A stretch of DNA of 64,000 bases from Octopus vulgaris (Eukaryota), in contig OX597838.1 of the NCBI GenBank assembly GCA_951406725.2, forward strand, positions 12,958,001-13,022,000, in the 5' to 3' direction. Position 1 is the stretch's first letter. Each line of letters opens with the position of its first letter. The notes under the pieces are model-generated. The model searched no databases. It was not told where the DNA came from and saw only the letters and a program-made list of their open reading frames with translations. Positions 1 to 11,630 of the stretch are shown here, one piece after another. The translations under genes were made by a program, and so were the position numbers.

Positions 1-893
1 CTGTTGGTGGATCTTTTCTTAAATAGAAATATAGAAATATATATATAGTTAGAGATAGATATATAGATAGAGAATATAGAATATAGAAATATATATATAG
101 TTAGAGATAGATATATAGATAGAGAGAGAGAGATACATCATCTATGTTACTCTTTCAGTATTTTTTTGTCTTTTACAACCTCTGGCTTCTGGTTTAGCTG
201 ATTCCTTGTCTTGTACTATGGCACCATGTACCAGGGGTGAGGGTACTGGTTCTAGTTCTGTTCTCTTGTAGTTTGTTTCTGAGTCAATTTCTATACAGAT
301 ACATCATCTTTCAACCAACCCAACTCTCCCTTGTGAATGGGGTGGAATGGGATGGATTCAGCCCAACCCAACACAACATGGCACTGCCCCACCTTCATCT
401 TTACCCCCCCCCCCCCGCTCCATATCCCTTGCCTCCCTTCCTTTCTCTGCTCATCTCTTCACTCAACGCTTATATTCCACTGGGCTGTGTACTGTGTTCT
501 ATGTAGAATGTAACTTGATGCCAAAAATGTTCCAGTTATAACTTTTCATGTTGTGATATGTTTCTGATAAAATATAATGCTAGAAGACTAAATTATATAT
601 ATATATACATATATGAGTGTGTGAAAGATATCCTTCAGTTTAACCACTCCCCACCCCTTGCCCTCATTTGCCTCAAATCTCTCTTTCTCAATCTGTCTGC
701 CTCTGTCTGTGTGTGTGTGTGTGTTATATCATTCACTGTTTCTTATATTCATATAAACTCTAGGAATATTCCTGGATTTCCAGATGCATTTTCAGTAATA
801 CGATTAGAATTCCTTGTAAAATCTTGTCTGATAGCTGATACATGTAAAGAGGCTTCCTGGAGCCAACTATAAGGTTAATATCCTAATTGAATT

Positions 894-925
<32 letters not shown>

Positions 926-934
926 TGTATGACT

Positions 935-1290
935 GGCTTCTTGACCACATGGTTCTGGGTTCAATCCCACTGTGTGGCACCTTGGGCAAGTGTCTGCTAC
1001 TATAACCTTGGGCTGGCCAAAACCTGTGGCTATAGTAGAAGACAGTTGGTTGATGGAAACTGAAAGAAACCTCTGTGTGTGTGTGTGTGTGTCTCAATAC
1101 CTATTTCTTTATTACCCACAAGGAAAAAAATAGAATAGGCAAAAATAGAATAGACAAAAGGAAAAAAATAGAATAGGCACCAGGCTTAAAAACAAAAGTA
1201 CTGGGGTTGATTCATTCAACTAAAAAGAATTCTTCAAGGCAGTGCCCTGGCATGGCTGCAGTCTAATGACTGAAACAAGCAAAAGATAAG
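935..1290 (+). mobile_element. SINE family A (tRNA-derived), degenerate and interrupted copy
   Basis: Head ccacatggttctgggttcaatcccactgtgtggcaccttgggcaagtg and tail gcatggctgcagtctaatgactgaaacaag match the other family A copies in the window. Confidence 0.7.
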
Positions 1291-1296
1291 ATATAT

Positions 1297-1592
1297 AAAA
1301 AGCACCATCCGAACGTGGCCGATGCCAGCACCGCCTCGACTGGCTTCTGTGCTGGTGGCACATAAAAAGCACCAACCAATCGTGGCCGATGCCAGACCCC
1401 TCTGGCACCTGTGCAGGTGGCACGTAAAAAGCATCCACTACACTCGCGGAGTGGTTGGCGTTAGGAAGGGCATCCAGCTGTAGAAACACTGCCAGATCAG
1501 ACTGGAGCCTGGAGCAGCCCTGGCTCCCCAGACCCCGGTCGAACTGTCCAACCCGTGCTAGCGCGGAAAACGGACGTTAAACGATGATGATG
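1297..1592 (+). mobile_element. SINE family C (internal modules, (ATG)n tail), 5'-truncated
   Basis: Repeated module ggtggcacgtaaaaagcacc, core ggcgttaggaagggcatccagctgtagaaac, ends aacggacgttaaacgatgatgatg; near-identical copies at 17773 and 59985. Confidence 0.85.
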
Positions 1593-1986
1593 ATATATAT
1601 ATATATATATATATATAAACACACACACACACACGGAATGGGGTCTTGATATACAGCCATAAATGTATACATATGTATGCATGCATGTGTATACGTGCGG
1701 TTGTGTGTGTATTTTCCCTGTGTGTTGTTTCTGTCTATCCATGGCTCTGTTTTTAGCAAAAAAATATGAGAAATATTATTTTCTGTTTTTGAAATTGGAT
1801 CTTGATGCTCATAATAAGCTATTAGTAAAAGCATGTAAATATTGGATTGAAAAGTTGAATGCTGCCTGTGGGACTCAGACCCCATGTCTCCTGTATATCT
1901 AACAAGAATTCTGTCATTATAGCTAAGTAATTTTTCGAAATTCTCTCTCCATTTTAGAAAATCTAATATTACCAGTGAGAATTATA

Positions 1987-2401
1987 TACTCTTTTTTACT
2001 CTTTTTACTTGTTTCAGTCATTTGACTGCGGTCATGCTGGAGCACCGCCTTTAGTTGAGCAAATCGACCCCGGGACTTATTCTTTTGTAAGCCCAGTACT
2101 TATTCTATCGGTCTCTTTTGCCGAACCGCTAAGTTACGGGGACGTAAACACACCAGCATCAGTTGTCAAGCAATGCTAGGGGAACAAACACAGACACACA
2201 AACATATTCACACACACTTATATATATATACATATATACGACAGGCTTCTTTCAGTTTCTGTCTACCAAATCCACTCACAAGGCATTGGTTGGCCCGGGG
2301 CTATAGCAGAGGACAGTTGCCCAAGATGCCACGCAGTGGGACTGAACCCGGAACCATGTGGTTGGTTAGCAAGCTACTTACCAAACAGACACTCCTGCGC
2401 C
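1987..2401 (-). mobile_element. SINE family A, full length
   Basis: Minus strand begins ggcgcaggagtg..tggtaagtagcttgc..ggttccgggttcagtccc (tRNA-like A/B boxes), has a central CA/TA microsatellite and ends gactgaaacaagtaaaaagagt. Confidence 0.9.
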
Positions 2402-2928
2402 TATGTTGTTGACCTTATGAGAATTTTATAAACATTTGAAAACGTGAAAGAGTTTTTTTTTTAAACCGGATCTCAGTGTATATGTATATAAGTATTGATA
2501 ATAATATATTGATATTGGATTGGAAAACTGTTGGCTTGGAACCCACACCTCTTGTATACGTGGCAGGCATTCTACCATTGTACCAAAGAAATCTTTTGAA
2601 ATTCTTTATCCATCTTAGTAACTTTATTCTGACTGGCAAGAATTATGTTGTTGATATCATAAAAATTTTATAAGCTTTTGAGAGAATGTGGCATAATTCT
2701 TTTTTGGAACATTGCTTCCCAAAGCACATCATATAAAGCCATAAATAATAGCATGTAAATATTGGATCGATAAACCTTTTTGGATAGAAAAAGTTGAAGG
2801 CTATTTATGGAACTCAAACCTGAATATTCTGTAGAATGTTAACTTTAGCAAGCAACATGAAATGCATACATAGATGTTAACAGACCATTTGTATACACGC
2901 TTCCAGACACTTATATATGTACTTAGTC

Positions 2929-3344
2929 TATTTCTTTACTACCCACTAGGGGCTAAACACAGAGAGGACAAACAAGGACAGACAAACGGATTAAGTTGAT
3001 TATATCGACCCAGTGTGTAACTGGTACTTATTTAATCGACCCCGAAAGGATGAAAGGCAAAGTTGACCTTGGTGGAATTTGAACTCAGAACATAAAGACA
3101 GACGAAATACCTATTTCTTTACTACCCACAAGGGGCTAAACACAGAGAGGACAACAAGGACAGACAAACGGCTTATTAAGTCGATTATATCGACCCCAGT
3201 GCATAACTGGTACTTATTTAATCGACCCCGAAAGGATGAAAGGCAAAGCCAACCTTGGTGGAATTTGAACTCAGAATGTAGTGGCAGACGAAATACCACT
3301 GAGCATTTCACTCAGTGTGCTAACGTTTCTGCCAGCTCGCCGCC
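2929..3344 (-). mobile_element. SINE family B tandem dimer with TSD
   Basis: Two head-to-tail units joined at gaaatacc|tatttc (3104-3117), flanked by direct repeat tgtacttagtcta (2918-2930, 3348-3360). Confidence 0.9.
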
Positions 3345-3924
3345 TTTTGTACTTAGTCTAGTAGTTGTTTGTGGTATTTGTATCTATAGTCTACTTGTGG
3401 TTTGTTCATATATATTCAGCTCATTGGCTGAATACATTTGTAGTGGGAGTATTCAATAATCACCCAATGTCCTCATTTGCTAGAATATTACCCACTTCAT
3501 AAAAAATTCTAACCAGTCACAAGTTCACCTAGAACTGGCTTCAGCAACAATTCCATCATTTTGGGCCTTTCTCTCTCAGCCTAAATATCAGTATAAATTC
3601 AGTACACATTGACTATTTGACAGAGAGCATTCAGAGACAGCAAAGATGTGACACGGACAGTGAACAGATGTGGATAGGGGCTAATCCGAGCTGACAAAAA
3701 CCTCAATGAACGATTAGCAACAACAACATAACAACCAGCAGCTAACTTTTTGACTGCTATTACAATTACACTAAGAACAATAACATTCAAACTCCCGTTG
3801 ACATTTTGTTGTTCATTGTAATGACAATATTTGTTTTGTGTGTGTGTGGAAAGAATAAAATTTTGTTTATCAAAATTCGCAACAGATTCAGTGATCTTCT
3901 TTGTATGTGTTTTTCATTCATATA

Positions 3925-4245
3925 CATCATCATCATCATCATTTAGAGTTCGCTTTCCATGCTAGCATGGGTTGGACGGTTCAACTGGGGTCTGGGAAGC
4001 CAGAAGGCTGCACCAGGCTCCAGTCTGATCTGGCAATGTTTCTACGGCTGGATGCCCTTCCTAACGCCAACTATTCCGTGAGTGTAGTGGGTGCTTTTTA
4101 CGTGCTACCGGCACAAGTGCCAGACGAGGCTGGCAAACGGCCACGATCGGATGGTGCTTTTTACGTGCCACTGGCACAGAGGCCAGTCGGCGCGGCACTG
4201 GCAACGACCACGTTTGGATGGTTCTCTTACATGCCACCGGCACTG
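3925..4245 (-). mobile_element. SINE family C
   Basis: Reverse complement of the 1297-1592 family, with a (CAT)n tail at the left end. Confidence 0.85.
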
Positions 4246-4502
4246 GTATCACAGCTACGATTACAGTTTGTTCATTTTGCATAGCATTTGTATAATCTCT
4301 CTCAGCACATGTATCTGTGATTTGTTGTGCAACATTCAGCTTGCTAAGTGAATGGGATTCCAGTCACTTATACTTATGCAGAGTCAGCTTGTGGTTCGTC
4401 GATCAAATTACAGCTTTTGGGACTTCAATTTTCTTCAGAAAAACTGTTCATTATTCAATTTGTTTGTTTAGGGAAGTGTTTGCATGCATATTTGTTTGTG
4501 TT

Positions 4503-4544
4503 TCTCTCTCTCTCTCTCCCTCTAATATATATGTGCATGTATAC

Positions 4545-4583
<39 letters not shown>

Positions 4584-5370
4584 CGTGCGTGTATATATAT
4601 GTGTGTGTGTGTGTGTGCGTGCGTGTATATATATGTGTGTGCGTGTGTGTGCGTGTATATATATGCATGTATACACATGCATATATATATGCATGCATAC
4701 ACATATATGCATATGTATATGAATGTATACATATATATGCGTATGTATATATATATGCATGTATACATATGTATATATATATATGCATGTATACATATGT
4801 ATATATATATATATGCATGTATACATATGTATATATATATATATATATGCATGTATACATATGTATATATATATATATATATGCATGTATACATATGTAT
4901 ATATATATATATGCATGTATACATATGTATATATATATATATATATATTCATTTATACATATTTATATATATATATATATATATGCATGTATACATATGT
5001 ATATATATATATATATGCATGTATAATGGCGGTGCCCCAGCATGGCCACAGCTCATAAGCTGAAACTAGAATCAATCAATCAATCATACATATGTATATA
5101 TATATATATATATATATGCATGTATACATATGTATATATATATATATATGCATGTATACATATGTATGTATATATATATATATGCATGTATATATATATA
5201 TATTACATATGTGTGCACACACACATATATATCATGTATACATATGTATATATATATATATATATGCATGTATATATATATATATTACATATGTGTGCAC
5301 ACACACATATATGTGCGTGTGTATACATAACATCTCTGTCTGTCTGTCTGTCTCACACACACACACACGC
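4503..5370. repeat. Compound (TA)/(TG) microsatellite with repeated gcatgtatacatatg(ta)n units
   Basis: Directly visible; source of many spurious Y/I/C/V-rich ORFs. Confidence 0.95.
5024..5085 (+). mobile_element. Short retroposon 3' end with (AATC)n tail inserted in the microsatellite
   Basis: ggcggtgccccagcatggccacagctcataagctgaaactagaatcaatcaatcaatc, homologous to the SINE A 3' core. Confidence 0.7.
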
Positions 5371-5974
5371 ACGATTCTTTCCTCTTGTCTCCATTCACTT
5401 GTCTTTCATTCTCTAATAATATCATGTATGCACCATTTCTCCACTGTCTCTATACTCTCCGACCCAAACCTCCTCTCTGAGCATGTGCCCCTCTGCCCCC
5501 ACCCCAAGCCACCCACCCCCACATCCCACATAGTTAAGTGGGGCTTGACAGGAGTGGAGGGTCGGGGGGTGGGGTGCGGCAGGAGCGGAGGGGGTCAGGG
5601 TGGGGTGGGGGTGGAAATTTGTTGTTTGTGAATAGTTTTATGTATGGGTATTATTATATCCCAAACACAGATGGCATACAAGTCATGAGGCTGATGCCAT
5701 CTGAAAATCGAGGATCATAAAACCTCGGTGCCTCTGCCATCTCCCTCTTTCATCTTCCATTTTCTTTCCCCATTTACAGGAAACACGTCCGCCTCCCCAC
5801 AAAAAAAGAACAAACAAAACGGAGTAGAATTGATTGCCTTATCTTTATTTTTTTACCTTTGTATATCAGTGTATGTGTGTGTGTATCCATTAGGTGTATG
5901 GGTATGTGCATATCTGTGTATGTGCATATCTGTGTATGCATATGTGTGTACATATATGCCTGGGTGTGTCTGTA

Positions 5975-6715
5975 TGTGTGCTGCTTATGTATATGTATGC
6001 ATAAGTGTGTATATGTATACTGCTTATATGCATGGATGCATGTGTACGTGTGTATATACATATGTGTGTATATGTATGCTTCTTATGTATATGTGTGTAT
6101 GTATGCAAAAGTGTGTATATGTATACTGCTTATATGCATGGATGCATGTGTACATGTGTATATACATATGTGTGTATATGTATGCTTCTTATGTATATGT
6201 GTGTATGTATGCAAAAGTGTGTATATGTATACTGCTTATATGCATGGATGCATGTGTACGTGTGTATATACATATGTGTGTAGATGTATGCTTCTTATGT
6301 ATATGTGTGTATGTATGCTGCTTATGTATATGTATGCAAAAGTGTGTATATGCATACTGCTTATATGCATGGATGCATGTGTACGTGTGTATATACATAT
6401 GTGTGTATATGTATACTTCTTATGTATATGTGTGTATGTATGCTGCTTATGTATATGTATGCAAAAGTGTGTATATGCATACTGCTTATATGCATGGATG
6501 CATGTGTACGTGTGTATATACATATGTGTGTATATGTATACTTCTTATGTATATGTGTGTATGTATGCTGCTTATGTATATGTATGCAAAAGTGTGTATA
6601 TGCATACTGCTTATATGCATGGATGCATGTGTACGTGTGTATATACATATGTGTATATACATATGCTTCTTATGTATATGTGTGTATGTATGCTGCTTAT
6701 GTGTATGTATGAACG
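5975..6715. repeat. Minisatellite of ~106-125 bp units, about 6 copies
   Basis: Anchor gcaaaagtgtgtatatg recurs at ~5999 (variant), 6105, 6211, 6336, 6461, 6586. Confidence 0.9.
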
Positions 6716-6917
6716 TGTGTGTCCTTGTTTGTATATGTATGCATTTGTGTGATTCTTATTACATGTATACTTAAATGTGTCTGTATACAGACAGTTGTGT
6801 GTATGTATGTGCATGTGTGTATGTGTGTGCATGTGTGTATGCCGGTATGTGTTCATGTATGTGTATGAAATGCAAGAACCAGATTATTCCTTTACTATTT
6901 TGGAAATTTTTATACTA

Positions 6918-7092
6918 TGTGTGTATGTATGTATGTATGTATGTATGTATGTATGCATGCATGTGTATATGCATATATGTATGTATGTATGTATGCATGC
7001 ATGTGTATATGCATATATGTATGTATGTATGTATGCATGCATGTGTATATGCATATATGTATGTATGTATGTATGCATGCATGTGTATATGC

Positions 7093-7123
<31 letters not shown>

Positions 7124-7136
7124 CATGTGTATATGC

Positions 7137-7169
<33 letters not shown>

Positions 7170-7181
7170 TGCATGCATGTG

Positions 7182-7213
<32 letters not shown>

Positions 7214-7236
7214 TGTATGCATGCATGTGTATATGC

Positions 7237-7269
<33 letters not shown>

Positions 7270-7312
7270 TGCATGCATGTGTATATGCATATATGTATGT
7301 ATGTATGTATGT
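6918..7312. repeat. (TATG)n-based compound minisatellite
   Basis: Repeated (tatg)n-catgcatgtgtatatgcatatatg units. Confidence 0.95.
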
Positions 7313-8035
7313 ACACACATATACACATACATGCACACACATGTCTCGTGTACCAATGTAAGGAAGGAGACATGCATGTTGGATTTCTAACACACAGAGA
7401 GAGACAAGTCAGTTTTATGCAAGCCCCTATCCATAACTGATACAACAAATGTATCTCTGATTAAGCAAACTAACCTCCTAACATCGCTAAAATGAGGAAC
7501 GCATGTTAAATGATAGCATGTTCACTGTAATAGTCTGAGGGGAGCGTTGATAAGGCTAATCAGATGCTGCGGTACTGGAGTTCAAACCCACATTCCTTGT
7601 ATCTTATATCATTTTATGTCAGGACTAGTCAGCGGTGTGATATACCTATTTCTTTACTACCCACAAGGGGCTAAACACAGAGAGGACAAACAAGGACAAA
7701 CGGATTAAGTTGATTATATTGACCCCAGTGCATAACTGGTACTTATTTAATCAACCATTCATCCTTGACAAGTCTTGTTCTTAGTCTTGCAGAGTGTCCA
7801 CAACACCCTCCTCACCTAGAAAACCAGGTGAGGGAGCTGATTTAGTCACTGGCCACCCCACCACGAAACAGGTAGTACTTTGTTATATGGTACTAATTAC
7901 ATGATTTTTCTGTCCTGACTTGATTACTAATAGAAACAATGTGGTGCATCATAATAAATAACTTGATGCCCCAGCTGGCCTGAATATTGACTGATCAAGG
8001 GTATATAATGCCCAAAGTAACAATTGGGCTCATGT

Positions 8036-8479
8036 ACTACCCGCATGGTTCTTGGTCTCAAGCATTTGTCTTATGAAGAAAGGCTGAAGATGCTCGACCT
8101 TTATTCTCTAGAAAAACGCCGCCACCGTGGAGATCTCATTCTTGCTCACAACATCATAAGCGGTAAGTGTAACCTCTCGAAAGAGCTGTTCTTCACTCCT
8201 TCTCTAGAGTGTCGGCTGCGGGGTCACTCCGAAAAGCTCTATCTGTGACAATTTCATCTCAATCGAAGGAGAGGGGCTTTCTCCGTCCGGGTTGCGGATT
8301 CGTGGAATAAGCTGCCGGACGAGATAGTGAAGATGCTGACGACCGCTCGGTTCAAAGTCTCTCTTGACCAGAAATGGCCTGAACTCTTTGCATGAACACC
8401 ACCCTGTACATAACTCCATGTCCCCCTACATGGCCTTGCTTTTTGCTTTTTGAGCCAAAAAATTAACTTAACTTAACTT
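8036..8479 (+). mobile_element. CR1-like LINE 3' end (ORF2 C-terminus, 3'UTR, (AACTT)n tail)
   Basis: Translates to LKHLSYEERLKMLDLYSLEKRRHRGDLI..RGHSEKL..FSVRVADSWNKLP, typical of the CR1 ORF2 end; same family at 21489 and 28748. Confidence 0.9.
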
Positions 8480-8536
8480 ACACCTGTATGTGTAATGAAG
8501 TTTGTATATCCTATGACTGTGGATGAAATACATCTA

Positions 8537-8812
8537 CAGCCATGGCCAAAAGTTTGGAACATTTAAAAAAAAAAAATCAAAATTGTTATGCTCAAGTACC
8601 ATTCGATTCAAATATATACAAAGTAGAGATATATAGGTAAGTAGAGATACGCTTACCTAGTAACTGATCGGATGGTTCGTATAAAAGATATTGGTACCAT
8701 TGGATCAGGTATTAGGTAAGTGTATCTCTATGTTGTATACATTTGAATCAGATTTTACTTGGGCATAAATTTTGATTTCTAAAAAAATGTTCCAAACTTT
8801 TAGCCACAACTT
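8537..8812. mobile_element. Tc1/mariner-like fold-back MITE
   Basis: TA-cagccatggccaaaagtttggaaca ... tgttccaaacttttagccacaactt-TA; complementarity continues inward (ttatgctcaagta/tacttgggcataa, gattcaaatatatacaa/ttgtatacatttgaatc). Confidence 0.75.
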
Positions 8813-9035
8813 TATAAACTTGCAGAGCTTTATTGACCAATATAAAGCACTTGTATAATTTACTATTGCATTTGTGAAAACAAACAAACAAACATATACA
8901 CATTCATGATGGTCTTACAGGGTCCAAGTTGCTTGAATGCATGGCTGGTCACCACCGTATGGTTATAATGGCAGAGTGGGTATTTGTGTACGAGTGTCTG
9001 TTTGATATTCATGTGGGTGTGTTGGCTTGCATATT

Positions 9036-9422
9036 TACTCTTTACTCTTTTACTTGTTTCAGTCATTTGACTGCGGCCATGCTGGAGCACCGCCTTTAGT
9101 AGCAAATCGACCCCAGGACTTATTCTTTGTAAGCCCAGTACTTATTCTATCGGTCTCTTTTGCCGAACCGCTAAGTGACGGGGACAACCAGCATCGGTTG
9201 TCAAGCAATGCTAGGGGGACAAACACAAACACACACACTTATATATATATACATATATACGACAGGCTTCTTTCAGTTTCCGTCTACCAAATCCACTCAT
9301 AAGGCATTGGTCGGCCCGGGGCTATAGCAGAAGACACTTGCCCAAGATGCCACGCAGTGGGACTGAACCCGGAACCATGTGGTTGGTTAGCAAGCTACTT
9401 ACCACACAGCTACTCCTGCGCC
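9036..9422 (-). mobile_element. SINE family A, full length
   Basis: High similarity to 1987-2401. Confidence 0.9.
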
Positions 9423-9800
9423 TATATGTGTATGTCTGTGTGTAGATGATTTTGTGGTTCCAGATGTGTGTGTATGTGTGTGTGCATACACATGCAGGAG
9501 GATGTGTGCATGGATGTGTGTGTATGATATACAACCTGCTACTGCCTGGGGATTAAAAATATATTTACACCACAATCTGAGACTACCTAAGGGGAAGTTT
9601 GAAATTGATACCATAAACTTGTCATAGACATCAACATATTGTCTTGCTTCACTTCCTGATATATGCTTGATTATTTATACTGTATTTATTAATTAATGCC
9701 ATTATTATTTTTGCTATTATTTGAGCCTTCATCAGTTTGGGGTTATTTAATTTTCTTCTCTCTACTTTGTATCGGCATATATATATATATATATATATAT

Positions 9801-10000
9801 GTATTGGGAGAGTTTACGAAAAAAACAACAAAAGACGAAGACAGGTGGTGTACAAAACAAACAGCTGTATTAGTATAACGCTCAGGAATAGAAAAAAGTC
9901 CTTTACGTTTTGAGCCTATGCTCTTCTACAGAAAGGGACACAAAAAAACAAGGAGAGAAAAAATGTGTAGTGGCTAACGATCTATCATGGCGTCTGACCA
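9801..10000 (-). mobile_element. Short element in a (TA)n tract carrying a minimal hammerhead-like motif (possibly a Penelope-type terminus)
   Basis: Reverse-complement copy of 35297-35492; flanked by TA repeats. Confidence 0.6.
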
Positions 10001-10305
10001 ATATATATGTATATATATGAGGGTGTATGTGTGTCTGCTTGAATATGTATGAAGGGAACATGGCCTCCACCAACCTCTTTGCATCAACCTTTCATCTATC
10101 CCTTATTGATACCATCCTACTAAACACTTTGTCACCCTCTATTCTGCCCTGCCAGTGATGCTGAATGTAATTTGCATAGCTGGAATGTATTAGGACAAGC
10201 ATGCCACTGAGCTTTGTGTTTTTTGCTATGAATGCTGGGGAGGGGAATCAATTGTATCACACCATGTGGCTAAATGCTTTACCTAGTAATCCTTTCTACT
10301 TTATA

Positions 10306-10401
10306 TTATAAAAACTATTACAATGTCACGTGGATAATTCATATTTTTCAAGTAGTCGAAAAATATGGATTATTCACGTGACATTGTCAATTGTTTTATA
10401 A
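10306..10401 (+). repeat. ~96 bp near-perfect hairpin
   Basis: acaatgtcacgtggataattcatatttttc-aagtagtc-gaaaaatatggattattcacgtgacattgt. Confidence 0.9.
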
Positions 10402-10750
10402 TTTGTTACAGAACTATCCAGGGGGAGATATTATAACCACCAGTATATAAATTTACAACCCTTTGATCTTCAACTAGTTTGATAAGCGTTAATACCCGAA
10501 ACTTTCAGCCCTTGAGTCACTCTGTTTTTTTCTGTTAAATATTAAGATATATATGTGAAGGCACATGGGTCAGTGGTTAGTGTCAATCTTATGACCGTGA
10601 GGTTGTGACTGTGAATCCCGGACCGGGCTACGTGTTGTGTTCTTGAGCAAGACATTTTATTTCACGTTGCTCCAGTTCATCAATAAGTTCAGTTAATCGC
10701 TATACAAATCCACCATTTTTTGCTAAAATGTCTTATTGACGAGTTTCGTT

Positions 10751-10847
10751 TTTTTCACTTACCTGAAGAGAAGACTGCATTGTTTATACCATTTATTCTT
10801 TTGAATAGTATCAGTGGAATTTTCGAAACATGTGTCGAAAGTAAAAA
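10751..10847 (+). ncRNA. Type I hammerhead ribozyme motif with extended stem II
   Basis: CTGAAGA (10763-69), long stem II, GAAAC-ATGT-GTC (10825-36), stem I acttac/gaaagt extended by ttttt/aaaaa. Confidence 0.7.
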
Positions 10848-10986
10848 TATTTTATTTATACCTGAGTTGAACTCCATTTATTTATTCATGAACGGACGTT
10901 AAACGATGATATATATATATAGTTTGCTGTTCTGTTCTTGGTGGAATCAACAAAAAATGTACTCGATCCAGTGAGAACTAATGGTA

Positions 10987-11218
10987 ATTTAATAAACACA
11001 GGATTCAAATGTAAGCTTCTATAAGTCTTATGCTCTGATAGTACAATAGTCAGAAGGGCTTGTAAGTGTGCCGTGCATTATCCTGCAATCTTTGAGGCTC
11101 AAAATAGCTTAAAAGATTGCAAGATAGTACATGGCATGCTTGCAAGTTCATCTGATTACTGTACTATCAGAGCATGAAACTTACAGTCACTCATATTTAA
11201 ATCCTGTGTTTATTAAAT
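10987..11218. repeat. ~230 bp fold-back palindrome (MITE-like)
   Basis: Arms of ~110 bp (atttaataaacacaggatt.../...aatcctgtgtttattaaat; atgctctgatagtaca/tgtactatcagagcat) with a loop of ~6 nt. Confidence 0.9.
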
Positions 11219-11242
11219 GATATATATATATACATATATATA

Positions 11243-11630
11243 CAGGAGTGGCTTGTTTACCAACCACATGGTTCCGGGTTCAGTCCCACTGCGTGGCACC
11301 TCGGGCAAGTGTCTTCTACTATAGCCTCGGGCCGACCAGACCCTTGTGAATGGATTTGGTAGACGGAAACTGAAAGAAGCCCGTCGTATATATATGTATA
11401 TATATATGCGTGGATATGTTTGTGTGTCTGTGTTTGTTCCCCCAGCATTGCTTGACAACCGATGCTAGTGTGTTTATGTCCCCGTTACTTAGCGGTTCGG
11501 CAAAAGAGACCGATAGAATAAGTACTGGGCTTACAAAAAGAATAAGTTCCGGGGTCGAGTTGCTCGATTAAAGGCAGTGCTCTAGCATGGCCGCAGTCAA
11601 ATGACTGAAACAAGTAAAAGAGTAAAAGAG
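11243..11630 (+). mobile_element. SINE family A
   Basis: Same sequence as the other A copies, with a small deletion in the head. Confidence 0.9.

Noticed and set aside
2173-2412. Recurrent short ORFs (RQASFSFRLPNPLTR.., RPRKDERQSRPR.., LDALPNANH..) that look like a gene family
   Set aside because: They are translations of SINE families A, B and C
4400-4445. Minus-strand CTGAAGA...AAAAGCTGTA hammerhead-like trace
   Set aside because: No GAAA box and no stem II pairing; too decayed to support
5975-6715. Regularly spaced repeats suggesting a CRISPR array
   Set aside because: Whole units are repeated with no unique spacers, there are no cas genes, and the context is eukaryotic
4317-7448. Long ORFs of up to 348 aa rich in Y/I/C/V/M/H/T
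   Set aside because: Translations of TA/TG/TATG repeats that lack stop codons; the same applies at 16.2-16.8, 35.5-36.2, 45.5-47 and 60.9-61.5 kb
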